A DNA stretch of 64,000 nucleotides from the human T2T-CHM13v2.0 reference genome, Homo sapiens. Below are positions 29,511 to 43,300 of the stretch, one piece after another. The position numbers and the translations under genes are program-made. The notes below the pieces were generated by a model. That model was not told the DNA's origin, did no database searches, and saw only the letters and a program-made list of their open reading frames with translations. The first letter of the stretch is position 1. Each line of letters begins with the position of its first letter. The stretch lies in the NCBI RefSeq assembly GCF_009914755.1, contig NC_060933.1. One strand, 5' to 3'.

Positions 29511-29632
29511 ACACCTTGGCCGGGAGCCACTCGCTGCCCCAAGGTGACAGTGCAGACTCGGGCTCAAGAAGTAGCATCTTCCCTATTGATCACATTTAAG
29601 CTATTAAAAATATGTTAAAAGTAAAAAGAAAT

Positions 29633-30014
<382 letters not shown>

Positions 30015-30445
30015 TCATGAGGATTTCCACTTCCATGCAGAGTGGTGGAATATTCCCATGATACCGAAAAAGTCATAGACGCTAGATGACAGACCTGCCC
30101 AGAACTCACTGTTTAGCTGAGGGTGTGCAGCAGGGATGCAGTGTGGATGGCCCATGCAGAGGTGGGGGGTTCAGGAGGATGTCCACATCTCAGAGGAGTG
30201 TGGGAGATGGTCATTGACAGCCAGAAGTCAAGCATAAGGTGCAATCCTGGAGAGAAATGGGAAGTGGGAAAATGCTACATTGAATTTATCCTGAACTGAC
30301 GAAGGTTAAGCTTCGGACATGTGCCAGAATGGGGTCTTCACATAGAAATGACATTTTATTTAATTAAAAAAGGCTATTTTAAAATGTTGCGCACCTGCCT
30401 TTGGGAGTGGCATATTCCGTAGGCACAGAAAATTCTGTTGCTGTT

Positions 30446-30760
30446 GACCTGGCCTGGTGGGCTCACACCTGCAATCCCAGCACGTTGGGAGGCCAAGGCA
30501 GGAGGATCACTTGAGCCCAGGAGTTTGAGACCAGCCTGGGAAACACAGGGAGACTATACAAAATTTTACAAAAAATAAAAAGTTAAAAAAAAAAACTAGC
30601 CAGGTGTGGTGGTGTGCACCTATGGTCCCAGCTACTCAGAAGGCTGACATGGGAGGCTCACTTCAGCTCAGGAGGTGGAGGTTACACTGAGCCATGATTG
30701 CACCACTGCACTCCAGCCTGGGTGACAGAGTGAGACCCTGTCTCCCCCCTCCAAAAAAAA
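30446..30760 (+). mobile_element. AluJ-type
   Basis: 'ggaggatcacttgagcccaggagttt', 'gagaccctgtctc'. Confidence 0.9.
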
Positions 30761-31508
30761 TTTATTACTGCTGTGTTAGGTAAAGGACAGTGCCGAAATC
30801 CTCAACTACCTGCAACTTCAGCCCCTTCTTTATCTGCATGGCCTTTACCATAGATCTATTCCCGAAGGAGGAGTTTGTCCTGAGTAAAAAGGTTTTAATT
30901 GATGTAGTATGCAAGTCTATAAAAAGTTGATGATAGAATAAGATATGGCACTTGGGAAAGTTGCTTCATTATTGCATCTTTGAAGGCCCAAATGAAAGCG
31001 TGTTTAGATAAAAAAAAAAAATACCTCCCAGGGAGTTAAAAATGCACTGGCCCCAAGTATATCTCTTTCCCATCGCTCATGCATGTTCACACAAAGAGGA
31101 AGCCACTAAGGATCCTTGATGTTTAGTTGTTCTAGAAGTTGGTGGGAGGCAAGGAGGTTGAAGGTCCTGGCATGTGCCTCTAATTTATTTCCTTCTACTT
31201 TCCCAAGAGTGGGAGAACAAATATTTGTGAACTTTGTGTTATTAAAAAGTTCAGTCTGTCCGCTTAGCTCTTACCTATAATCCCATCAGTTCTCTGGACC
31301 AAGAATGAGCTTCGATGTCCAGATTAATTCAATTAGGCTAACAAATTCTGATTTTGTGTGGTTAACAAAAAGCTGCGTGTGAGTGATTTCTCTTTCAGAA
31401 TGACTCTTTTGGCATTCTGCTGTGTCTTTTATGCCTTTCTGCTGAGGCATCCACCAATCCACTCACGACAGCCCCGGGGCAAAGGCGCAGACGTTTTCAA
31501 GGCCTTTC

Positions 31509-31600
31509 CTCTTCCCAATCTTGGTCTCTCTTGCTCTCTCTGCCTTACTTTCTCCCTCTCTCTCTCTCTCTCCTCTCTCTCTCCTCTCTCTCTCCCTTCT
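31509..31600. repeat. CT-rich low-complexity/(CT)n tract
   Basis: interrupted ctctctct runs. Confidence 0.75.
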
Positions 31601-31806
31601 CCACAAACATAACTAATACTTAACAGGTTATGGTTGGTGTTTTCCTAACAACCAAGAACTCCGAGCCTTCCTCGCCTACTTAAGATTGATAGTGGCTGAG
31701 ACCCATGGCAGTGCCCTTGGCTGCTAACCTCACACTTGACAGCTGAGCACTTCTCTCCCAGGTCTCATGAAATTGGGAGACCATTCTTTCTGCAGTTATC
31801 CTTGGG

Positions 31807-32034
31807 CAGTGGTTTTCACACAGCAGGGTGAAAACTGAAATCAATGCAAGATCATGACCAGAATTTTTAAAACAATGAAATCTAATAGAGTTGAAAATAT
31901 CAGGCTATGCTGCATAGACTCAGATGAATCTGAGACCTTTGTTTCATTTGTGCCTATTTATTGAATGCGGTATATTGGCTTGTGGTGTAAACTGTATTTC
32001 TTACTCTGGATCATGAAAAAATGTGAAGCCACTG
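31807..32034 (+). mobile_element. hAT-Charlie MITE (MER103-like)
   Basis: cagtgg...ccactg termini; 'gaaaatatcag', 'tgtatttcttact'. Confidence 0.55.
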
Positions 32035-32724
32035 AAACAAAGGTTATTGAAGGGCAAACTCCTCAATTCACAGCTAAGTTTTTACCATGAAGGCTTGGCC
32101 TGAATGAGGTGGTGTCCAGGGGCCCTGTTGGCCTTCAGGTCCTTGTCTATCTCCAGGTTTCCGATTTCTCAAAATCATTTCCAATTCTAATTTTGTCCCC
32201 CAAAGGGCTGTTCACCACCACCTGTCCTCAGATATCTACCTCCACTGAGATTCCAGGCCTCAGAAAAGGGAGTGCTTGGGCCACCCCCTGGCCCGTCCAG
32301 CAGTGACTGGCTTTAAGGTGGGCAGCCAGTTCTGCTGGCTAGAAAACTCTTGAAAATGTGGACCTGGGATGGTCTCACAGAAAGACTTTTGTCCTTTCCT
32401 CTTCCTTCACACACATTCTCTCATCCTCCAGCCCCAGACCAACTACACCACTGCTGGGAAGTCTTTGAAATGGCCTTGTGAAGCTCTAGTAGCAGCTATA
32501 CGAGGTCTCTCACTGGGGCTCCACCTCCCAGCCAGAGAACTCTCCAGAGGATGGCAAAGCCTAGTCTTTTCTGTTCATTCCTGGGTCATAGTCTACTAAC
32601 TTTTTAAAGGGATGCATGAAATCCTATCATTTCAAGCCCAAGAGAGAATTTAAACTTCAGTTAAAAAAAGCAGTGATTCAACATTTTACCCATTGTGTAA
32701 TTCCATTCTGTTATTTAATCATAT

Positions 32725-33160
32725 ATCTCTCAACAAACATTTATTGAGCAACTATTTTTCTGTGTGAGGCACTATGCTAGGTGCCAAGTACTGGGCTAGG
32801 TATTCAATAGCAAGCAAAACAGAGAATGCTGAGTCCAGGTCAAGAGACAGCGATCCCCCAAATAACTGTGCTGTGATGTGATACTTGTTTTCGTCGATGT
32901 GGGAGTGCAGTGCTGTGATTTCTCAGAGCAAGGACATGTCACCAGGCCTGGGAACCATGGGAAAGGTTTTACAAAGAAGGGGACGAGAGCTGGGTCTTGA
33001 GGGGCTGGGAAATGGAGCTGGCTGGAGAGGAGCCTCTAACGCAGACTCTGGCTGGGTTCTAATGAGCTTTGTGTGCCAGATGTAAAAGGATGGATTATCC
33101 TGAGGGCAACAGGGAGCCAATAAGGATTTTAAAGCAGTTGACTGATATGATTCAACTTAT
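32725..33160 (-). mobile_element. L2 remnant
   Basis: 'caacaaacatttattgagcaacta...ggcactatgctaggtgc', 'tatcctgagggcaacagggagcca'. Confidence 0.7.
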
Positions 33161-34679
33161 AAACAAAAGTGTTCAATCCAGCTTTGTTTGCAATAGCAAC
33201 CAATAAGGGGAAAAAAAAGCTGCCCATAATCAGAGGACAGATTCGGTCATTCATTGAATATCTATACAGTAAAATAGCACATGGGCAATAAAAATGACAG
33301 CACATTTGATATTCATCAGCACAAAAGAATCCTTGTTGGAATTTTATTGAAATGCTTTACCCCACATTTACTACCATCATACTTTCTTTTAAACTCAGAT
33401 TTAAAAATTCTGACTTTAAGTCTCAATGTGTTTAAAAATTGCATAATAAAAGTCCTGTGCAAAAGAAAAGAACCTCAAATAAAAGAATAACATAATATAA
33501 AAATAAAAGGAATAACTCCAGATCATAGTAAAGATCGGAATTTCTTCTAAGTTTATCACATTCTTAGGGCCATTCCTTATACTCTGTAGTGATAGTAATA
33601 GAAACATACAACTTTTTCCTCTTCCTTCCCAAGTTTCAGTCCCAGGATGCTATCCCTGAGACCTCTTATCTGCATTGCCTCAGCCATCCTGTGGTCGCAG
33701 TGTTTGCTCCGCATATTCTGCCCCTGCTCACGTCGCCCTTCATCCTGCCCCAGCCAGACATGCTGTCTGTACAGCCCACTGGTTCTGGCAGCCAGGAGTT
33801 TCCTAGGACCAGCAGCATCGATTGTGCTCCACTCAGATCAAGGAAAGAGTTCCCCTCAGCTCTTACCTGGCAAATAAGGTATGGATTTCCAGCTATGTTT
33901 TTCATTGGCTGGGGTTAGATTCTACTATAATCTAGATGTATCATTTGTGATAGATGAAGATCCCTTATGGGCGGTAACAGAGAAAGTTAAAAGGATGAGC
34001 ATTTAAGTAAGTAGGACCTAGTACAAGAACATAATATAATCTAAATCTCAGAAAGAAGCTATGATATTTAAGAATTTAGCAATACATCTTAAGTAAAGAA
34101 TATATAAAGTTTCTTAACAAATGAGGCAGCATTCCAAATGTCTTTGAAATGGCCTCGTGATATATGGTGAACCCAGATATATGTCGCATGTAGTCCAGTT
34201 TTTGCAGTCTCATTCCAAGAAAACACATTCAATTTAAGACACTTTCAAGAATGATAGAAATTTTGCTACAGATTTTCTGAAAGAAATTCATCTTTAGAAA
34301 ACTTCCTGAAGATCTTCTTTGGAAATATTTCTGTTCCCCAAACTTCAGTACTCACAGTAGCTACCAGCTACCTCTCCTTTCTCTCGCCCACGCAGCTTTC
34401 TCATGGCATCCCCACTGACTTTCTCCTTCAAATGCTCTGCTTCTTTCTCCTCTGTGCCACAGTGGACAGCAGAATTGTCCCCTAGGACTTCTGTTTCCAT
34501 TTGCCCCTATGCCAGACCTCTCTAGGATGGCCAGAGCATCTAGAACCACCTCATCTCCCGAGCATCCCTAGCACCCTCTGGGCAAAAGCACATGAGAGCC
34601 GCTAGGAAGCAAATCTGTTTCTCACTTCAACAGAAAACTCATGGAGCATTTTGGGGAATAAAATTCTCCACCTTGTTAA

Positions 34680-35145
34680 CAAATCAGTAAGGAAGGATTA
34701 TTCAGTAATTGATGGCTGACACTACTGGTTAACAATTTGGGAAAAAAATATTACATTTCCTTCCCCCTGCCTAAATACATCCCAGATGGTCTGAAGAGTT
34801 TTACTTAAAATAAAAACCTAAATGAATTAGAAAAATATCAGTGGATATTCATCTAGTCACATAAAATTCAAGAAAAAAAATCATAAAGACCTTGGCTATA
34901 ACTTCATAAAAGTATACAATTCTACATGTCATAAAATGCCACATAAAGTTTTAGAAATGAAAAACTAAAGGAATATTTGCAGTAGTTGCAACAGATAAAT
35001 GTTCAATCTCAATTATTTAAACAGCTCTTACAAATCAATATGAAAAAGACAAACGCTTTAACAGGAAAACGGGCAAAACTGTAAATGGGCAATTCAAAGA
35101 CAAATTTAAAAAGCTAATAAATATTGAAAAATAAGTGTTCAACCT
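34680..35145 (+). mobile_element. old L1 (L1ME-like) ORF2 3' remnant
   Basis: A-rich 'gctcttacaaatcaatatgaaaaagacaaac...gggcaaaa...tgttcaacct'. Confidence 0.7.
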
Positions 35146-35297
35146 TTGAAGGCCAGGCATACTCTGCCAGAAGAGGGAGGCAACGAGGTCAGTGGCTTAT
35201 GGCCTCTGTGATGTGTGATGACAAAATCTTCCTGCCTCCATACATTGGATATATTTTTAGTGACAATCGTCATGATTTCATGGACCTGGGAGTTCTA

Positions 35298-35671
<374 letters not shown>

Positions 35672-36519
35672 TGAAAATCCTTAAACGATCCAGGTGATTT
35701 AACAGAGAATACCTAAGCAACTTGTAGTTAGCGCTAAGCCCATGAACTTGGTAGACAGCAACTTATTTGGCCTTCAGAGCATCTGGTGTGTGAGTGTGAG
35801 TGTTTCTCAATAACTAACGTGATTCTGAGGTTTGCATTTATTTGTTCACCCCTCTAGGTGGACAGCCTGACTGTTATTTCCCTTATATCTCATTGTAGGT
35901 GGACTGGAACAATTTCTAAAGAGATCAGGAAGTATCAGGGAATGGGATCTATTCAGTCTTTCAGTTACCTGTAAGTTGAAGCTGAGAGTCAGCCTTGCTA
36001 TCCATGGAACCTGCATCTACATATCCAGGTACTTTTTGCCTACTAAATCCTCTTCTCATTTCATGGAACTCAGCCTATCCCTGGGCTGCCTTTTGAAGCT
36101 TCTATTACTGGCTAACACAAGTGGTAGTCAGCCCAACTTTTGATCAATATCTTAGAATATTTTGCCACTGTTCTCAGTAAATGAAGTGATGTTTTCTCTT
36201 TTCATTAGCAATGAAAAGATAATCCATGTTGTTTCTAGTAAAATCGATATTGAAGCTACATACGTGAAAAATATTTATAGCAATTTAGGAAATACATCAC
36301 ATGAAAACATTTTCGCTCTGGTTATAAAAAGGTCTTGAATTGACTTAATGAGGCCAAATATGGAAACCATGCCTTGGGCCTTCAAAAACTTTCTCTGGTC
36401 TTGAGAAAGCTCCTTGGCTGTAGTTTGAAACAGGCCTGGGGATTAGTCGAGCTTTCCCCAGGGCTCTGGGCATTACAAGCGAGTGCTGGTGGCAGGTGTC
36501 TGCACTTCCATGATTATCA

Positions 36520-36967
36520 TGTTCCATCAGATGCTTTTGCTGTCTCACTGGGAATATGAACTCCCTGGCACTTGCCCTTCTCAATGACACCAGTGGCACC
36601 TGCAACTTTACTGGAGAGCTTTCTCTACCTACAAAAACATGCCGAGGTCACACTTGGGAAGTGGAAGTGCCAGGCATTTATCATCTCCTCAGCCAATAAT
36701 AAAGAGGAATTGGAGGATAAATACCCCAACAGCCTCACCTTGGGTAGGACAACTCAGAGGCACATTTGGTACGGTCTCCTAGAGGTCCCCAGCAGGATTG
36801 AACCCCATATCCTGAACAGCGATCTGTTGACTGTAGGCGGCCCTCTCCCCATAGTCTTCACTTACCCCCTCTCCTGCTAGTGGTTCCTGAGATTAGTTCA
36901 CAAATGAGCTTCTTGCACATGAACCTGTGTCTCAAAATCAGCTTCTGGGGGAACCCAACCTACTGCA
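36520..36967 (+). mobile_element. LTR16A-like LTR
   Basis: 'gaggtccccagcaggattgaacccc...cttgcacatgaacctgtgtctca...cttctgggggaacccaaccta'. Confidence 0.65.
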
Positions 36968-37407
36968 ATGTTGCTTAATAGTTGTTGTTTTTAATTTTAT
37001 TGACACCATTGTCCATTGCAACCCATGTGATGTCCCTTAGGTTAGTCTGAGTCTCTTGGTCTGTCTAACATACCACTGACATTAGGTTCCATGTCAGCGA
37101 GTATACCTAGCCATTTATTATAGGTCCAGGCAGCTACCAGAGCTGAATTAGGTGAATAGGAAAAAGAATACCCAACCCTCACTACTACAACAGGACTATG
37201 ATATGATCTCACTGAACTCTTGATCCTCTGCCCCAACCCCCCCGAAAAAATCCTGCTCCTCCTAGAGCTTCCCCCATCTGAGTAAACAGCAACCCCCAGC
37301 ATCCAACTGTACAAGCTACACCCTTGGCCTTCTGCGTGACCCTTTTCTGGCTCTCACATATTTTACTGGACTTATCAGTGAATCCTGATGTCTCTGCCAT
37401 CAAAATA

Positions 37408-38296
37408 CAGATGCTCCCCAATTTACAATGGGATTATGTCCCAGCAATCCCATCATAAATTGAAAACATCATTAAGTCAAAAAATTATGTATTATACCTA
37501 ACCTACCAAACATCAGAGCTTAGCCTGGCCTGCCTTAAACATGCTCAGAACACTTAGGTTAGCCTGCAGTTGGGCAGAGTCATCTAACACAAAGCCTTTA
37601 TTGTTTTTTTTTTTTTTTACAATAAAGTGTCGACTGTCTCATGCAATTTGTTAAGTACTGTACTGGAGGTGGAAAACAAAAGGGCTGTATAGGGCCTGAC
37701 ATCCACAGCTGAAATCACAAAGGGCCTGAAGGATATGGGACGCATTGAACTACAGTTAATTGGATGATGGGGATGCTACTGTGACAGGGTCATCCATGTC
37801 TGTCTTCTGATGAGCCTCAACAATACCTGGTAGCAGGCCCTGGGGCATCCACACTTGTCCATGGCTTGGCCGGCATGGACTTCTTCAGGAAGATCTCTAG
37901 TCTTGGTCAGGTTTAAAATGTAAAATAGCGAGACAGAGTACAAACTGTGAGGGGTAATATCTTTTCATTAAGCGTAGACTTTACTTCATTCATGAAATAT
38001 TTTACTGAACGGGAGTCATATCTTTCAGTTGAAATGATTTTTCTGCTTTAGTAAATTACATGAGATATTCAACACTTGGTTATAAAGTGATGGTGATCGT
38101 GGTTGCGTGGCCGACTGGGAGCTGAGGCCCACTGCTGCACCCAGCGTCTCGAGTGTCATACTGCATATCGCTAGTCCAGGAAAAGATCAGAATTCAAAAT
38201 GTGTACTGTGATTTCAACTGAATGTGTATCTGTTTTGCACCATTGTAAAGTTAAAAAAAATCATAAATCAAGCCATCGTTAGTCGGGAACCATCTG
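37408..38296 (+). mobile_element. Tigger3/Golem (Tc1-mariner) internally deleted element with filler DNA
   Basis: TIRs cagatgctcccca.../...gtcgggaaccatctg, TA TSD (37406-37407, 38297-38298), 'cctaacctaccaaacatc...gcttagcc'. Confidence 0.9.
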
Positions 38297-38468
38297 TATA
38301 TCCAAAATACAACCACTTTTCATGGCCTCCTCTTCTATTCTTTGGTCCAAGCCAGGATCCTCTCACCTGGACTATTGCAAGAGCCCCCTGTTGATCTCCC
38401 TGCTCCCACCCTCATCCCTCTATGGTCTAATCAGTGGTTGGTAAACTTCCTCTGTAAAGAGCCAGATA

Positions 38469-38504
38469 TTTCAGGTTGGTGCAATTATTTTCGCACCAAC
38501 ATAA
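38469..38504. mobile_element. 36-bp internally deleted MADE1 (Hsmar1 MITE)
   Basis: 'aggttggtgcaattattttcgcaccaacataa' between TA dinucleotides. Confidence 0.8.
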
Positions 38505-38704
38505 TAGTGTGTATTTCAGGCTTTGCTAGCCTTATGGTTTCTGTTGCAGTTACCCAGCTTTGCCCTCACAGCACATAGACAGCCACAGAAAATAAATAAG
38601 CAAATGGACATTGAAGTTTGAATTTCACGTCGTTTTCATGTACCACAAAGTATTACTCTGTTTTGACTTCTTATCAACTATTTAAAAATGTAAGAAACAC
38701 TTTT

Positions 38705-38990
38705 GGCTGGGTGAGGGGGCTCACTCCTATAATCCCAGCACTTTGAGAGGCTGAGGTGGGTGGACTGCTTGAATCTAGGAGTTCGAGAACAGCCTGGGCA
38801 ACATAGGGAGACCCATCTCTACAAAAAATACAAAAAAACTAGCCAAGTGTGGTGGTGCACGCCTGTAGCCCCAGCTACTCGGGGGACGCTAAGGTGGGAG
38901 GATCACCTAAACCCGGGGAGGAGATTGTGCCACTGTACTCCAGCCTGGGCAACAGAGTGAGACCCTGTCTCAAAAAAACAAACTCCAAAA
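38705..38990 (+). mobile_element. AluJ-type
   Basis: 'cagcctgggcaacatagggagaccc', 'gagaccctgtctc'. Confidence 0.9.
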
Positions 38991-39592
38991 CTCACTTTTC
39001 TCTCCAAAACCCACTCTTTTGTTCAGGCTGCACAAAATCAGGCTGAGGGCCAGATTTGGCCCACAGACTGTATTTTGCCTGCATCCGCCGGTCTAATACC
39101 TAGAGACAGTCCAGTCCTCCTAACACCTGCAGGACAATGGCATTCCTCCATAACCAACCTTCCCATCGCTGCTCACCTCCCTCAGCTTAGCAAGAAGAGT
39201 CCTCCAGGGCTCCTGTTTGCCACTTCCCTGCTCTGCTGGTCTCCACAGCACTTAACACCTCCGACCCTACTGTCTGTTTTACCTGTTTATTGCCAGAGTC
39301 CTCACACCCCAAATTAGAATGGAAGTTCCATAAGGCAAGAGATTTTATGCCCCCAAATCCCAGAACAGTGTCTTTAAGCACCCCCTGAAGAACTGTCAAA
39401 TGAATGAATGAGTGGATGGATGAGTGAGTCCTTCCCATCCTTCTGCGATAGTTGAGCACAAACTGCGGCATGTCTCACTAGAAACACCCTGCAAGTGTTC
39501 CATCGAGCTAATTAGCTTTCCATTGTAGTTGAAACTTATTAGAAACCTGAAGAAGATTGGCCATTTCCTATTACCTGTTCTTCCAATTTTGA

Positions 39593-39967
<375 letters not shown>

Positions 39968-40689
39968 TGGATCTTTTTTTAATATTCTCCTCTGTACAAT
40001 AATATTATTTTCAAGTAATAATCATTAGTAGTCATCATTTCCTTAGTGTTTAGATCTAAAACAAAAATTTTAAAAGGAAAATACATTTCAACAGAAAGAT
40101 ATGATTCCCATCCAGTAAAATATTTCATGAATGAAGTACAATCTACACTTAATAAAAAGATACTACCCCCCGCAGTTTGTACGCTGTCTCACTGTTTTAA
40201 ATTTTAAACACAAATAAAAACTGAAAGTGGTCACCTGCAGTGACAGAATTCAAGTCCCTGCAGTTGTAGTTTTTCCTCTCTATGATCACTGTGCTGTCAC
40301 TCTTTCTTTCAAACCTGCTGCTTACATGCAGGCACGTGCAGCCCTGCAGGCCTTGTGGAATGACCTGCTCTGAAACCACCTCGGTTCTGGGCCCTCCTGA
40401 ATGCAGCTTGAAACAGATGCCGTTGGCCGAGTCCGCACGTGTTGGAGGTGGGAGTGCTCCAGATTAACCAGATTAACCTCGTGGAGAATAGAATGTTATT
40501 GAAGGGTAAGCATGAAAATGTGCTGATTTGAAATCTACAGCTATATTATTAAAGCTCAGCCAAAATCGCAGCAATTTTTAAAACCGAGACCAAGAAAATG
40601 TTTTTTGGCCAAGAAGGAAGAGTTCATCACTGGTGTTGTTTAGGTGAAAATAAGAAGCAGACCCTTTAGTGGGTTTTATGGCTGCTTTT

Positions 40690-41013
<324 letters not shown>

Positions 41014-42039
41014 TAATGTCTCTCAAACAATGCACCATTTTGTGCCCTGGGCGGGGCTGCTCCCAAGCCTCACCCTCTATCTGCTAGGGCTGATCATTTC
41101 TCCCTGTTTGGGAGAATCTCTCATCCTTCGTAGTCACAGGCAGCTGTCAAATGCACATAACATGGTGAGTTCCCACGAGTCTCAGTTGCAATGGCGCGGC
41201 CCCTCCATCCAGCAATTACAGCAAGTTAGAGATGGAAAGGACCAAAGAGGGGCCTGTGTAGAACCTTTTGTCAGAAAAGAAAATTTTATTTATGTGATTA
41301 AAAAAATTATAAATTCTTTTGCTGACATTATTTGGTTCTGGATAAAGCCTTTTGAGTGAGTGGGCTGGCATTAGGGTCCATTTGGAAGATGGATATGGGA
41401 GAGTCCAGAAGTTAAGTGACGTGCCCAAGGCCTCGCAACCCAAGTCTAGCCTTAAACCCTCAAGGACATGTGTAAGGCCTATATTTGCATTTTAAAATTA
41501 TGTTGAATTCAAGGCCCTTTGTTTACACATCCAGGTTTAGAAACCATTGCTCTTACTGGAACTCTGAGGTGAGGCTTCAAAACCCACAGAGGAGCGGAGG
41601 AAACTGGTTTCCTGATGAAAGAGGCTGAATTTGCTCACCTTAGTGTGTGCAGGGGCCCACAGAGGCCTCCACAAGGTTCCTACCTGAAGGAAATCTTGGG
41701 AGGGCCTCAGTATCCGGGGCTGACCAGTCCTGAAGCCCTGGAGTCTAGTGCCATGGGCTTGTTGGCCAACGTGTTATAGACTCTAAGACCATGTCAACCA
41801 AAAGTAGTTCAAACACCTGTATGTCTTTAGTCCAAGGAAGAAAACACAGACTCTAAAGTTGTTCATGGTGGTAACTATGGTCACGTTTGAGTACCTCAGT
41901 CAGACGGGCACTTTCTCCTCCTCAGGCTGTGGAAAAGCCTGACCAGTTCTGACCAATGTGTACAAATGTGCTCTGTCCACAACCAAGGCGTGTGCGGGCT
42001 CTGCAGTGGTGTCTGTGAGTCGGGATGCTCAGCAGCAGA

Positions 42040-43300
42040 GGGAGGGGAGGGAGGAGAGGGATGGAGCCTGAGCTGTGGGAGAGAGAGGATGCAGGGACAG
42101 AGCCTGAGCTGCCTGATGGAGGGGGAGGGCAGGGATGGAGCCTGAACGCGGGAGGGAGGGAGGGGAAGGATGGAGCCTCAGCTGCAGGAGGGAGGGAGGG
42201 GAGGGATGGGGCCTGAGCTGTGGGAGGGAGGGAGGGGAGGGATGGAGCCTGAGCTGTGGAAGGGAGGGAGGGAGAGGAGGGATGGAGCCTGAGCTGTGGA
42301 AGGGAGGGAGGGAGGGGAGGGATGGAGCCTGAGCTGTGGAAGGGAGGGAGGGAGAGGAGGGATGGAGCCTGAGCTGTGGAAGGGAGGGAGGGAGGGGAGG
42401 GATGGAGCCTGAGCTGTGGAAGGGAGGGAGGGAGGGGAGGGATGGAGTCTGAGCTGCATGAGGGAGGATGGGAGGGAGGGATGGAGCCTGAGCTGCATGA
42501 GGGAGGGAGGGAGGGAGGAGAGGGATGGAGCCTGAGCTGCGGAAGGGAAGGAAGGAGGGGAGGGATGGAGCCTGAGCTGCGGGAGGGAGGGAGGGAGGAA
42601 GGGAGGGAGGGGAGGGATGGAGCCTGAGCTGCAGGAGGGAGGGAGGGGAGGGATGGGGCCTGAGCCACAGGAGGGAGGATGGGAGGGAGGGAGCCTGAGC
42701 TGCGGGAGAGAGGGGAGCGATGGAGCCTGAGCTGCGAGAGGGAGGGAGGGGAGGGATGGGGCCTGAGCTGCAGGAGGGAGGGAGAAGAGGGATGGAGACT
42801 GAGCTGCGGGAGGAAGGGATGGAGCCTGAGCTGCAAGAGGGAGGGAGGGAGGGGAGGGATGGAGCCTGAGATGCGGGAGGGAGGGAGAGGAGGGGAGGGA
42901 TGGAGCCTGAGATGCGGGAGGGAGGGAGAGGAGGGGAGGAATGGAGCCTGAGCTGCAAGAGGGAGGGTGGGAGGGAGGGAGCCTGAGTTGCAGGAGGGAG
43001 GGTGGGAGGGAGGGGAAGGAGGGAGGGATGGAGCCTGAGCTGCAGGAGGGAGGGTGGGAAGGAGGGGAGGGATGGAGCCTGAGCTGCGGGAGGGAGGGAG
43101 GGAGGGAGCCTGAGCTGAGGGAGGGAGGGAGGGAAGGAGGGGAGGGATGGAGCCTGAGCTGCGGGAGGGAGGGAGGGGAGGGATGAAGCCTGAGCTGCAG
43201 GAGGGAGGGAAGGGATGGAGACTGAGCTGCGGGAGGGAGGGAGGGAGGGCGGGCCTGCGGGGAGGGAGGGAGCCTGAGCTCCGGGAGGGAGGGAGGGAGG
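42040..43300. repeat. G-rich minisatellite (VNTR), about 33 units
   Basis: unit GGAGCCTGAGCTGYRG(GAGG)nGGAGGGAT, mostly 27-52 bp; five near-identical 40-bp units at 42244-42443. Confidence 0.97.

Larger units (their letters stand above)
38432..39089 (+). mobile_element. MER58B hAT MITE containing a MADE1 remnant and an AluJ
   Basis: 'ctgtaaagagccagata', 'tttgaatttca', 'gggccagatttggcccac'; perfect 8-bp TSD ggtctaat (38424-38431 / 39090-39097). Confidence 0.88.
37205..39425 (+). mobile_element. L2 element fragmented by Tigger3 and MER58B insertions
   Basis: L2 segments at about 37205-37405, 38299-38431 and 39098-39425, ending 'aaatgaatgaatga'. Confidence 0.7.

Noticed and set aside
42040-43300. 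PRDM9 13-mer hotspot motif in the VNTR
   Set aside because: The unit variants I checked do not match CCNCCNTNNCCNC.
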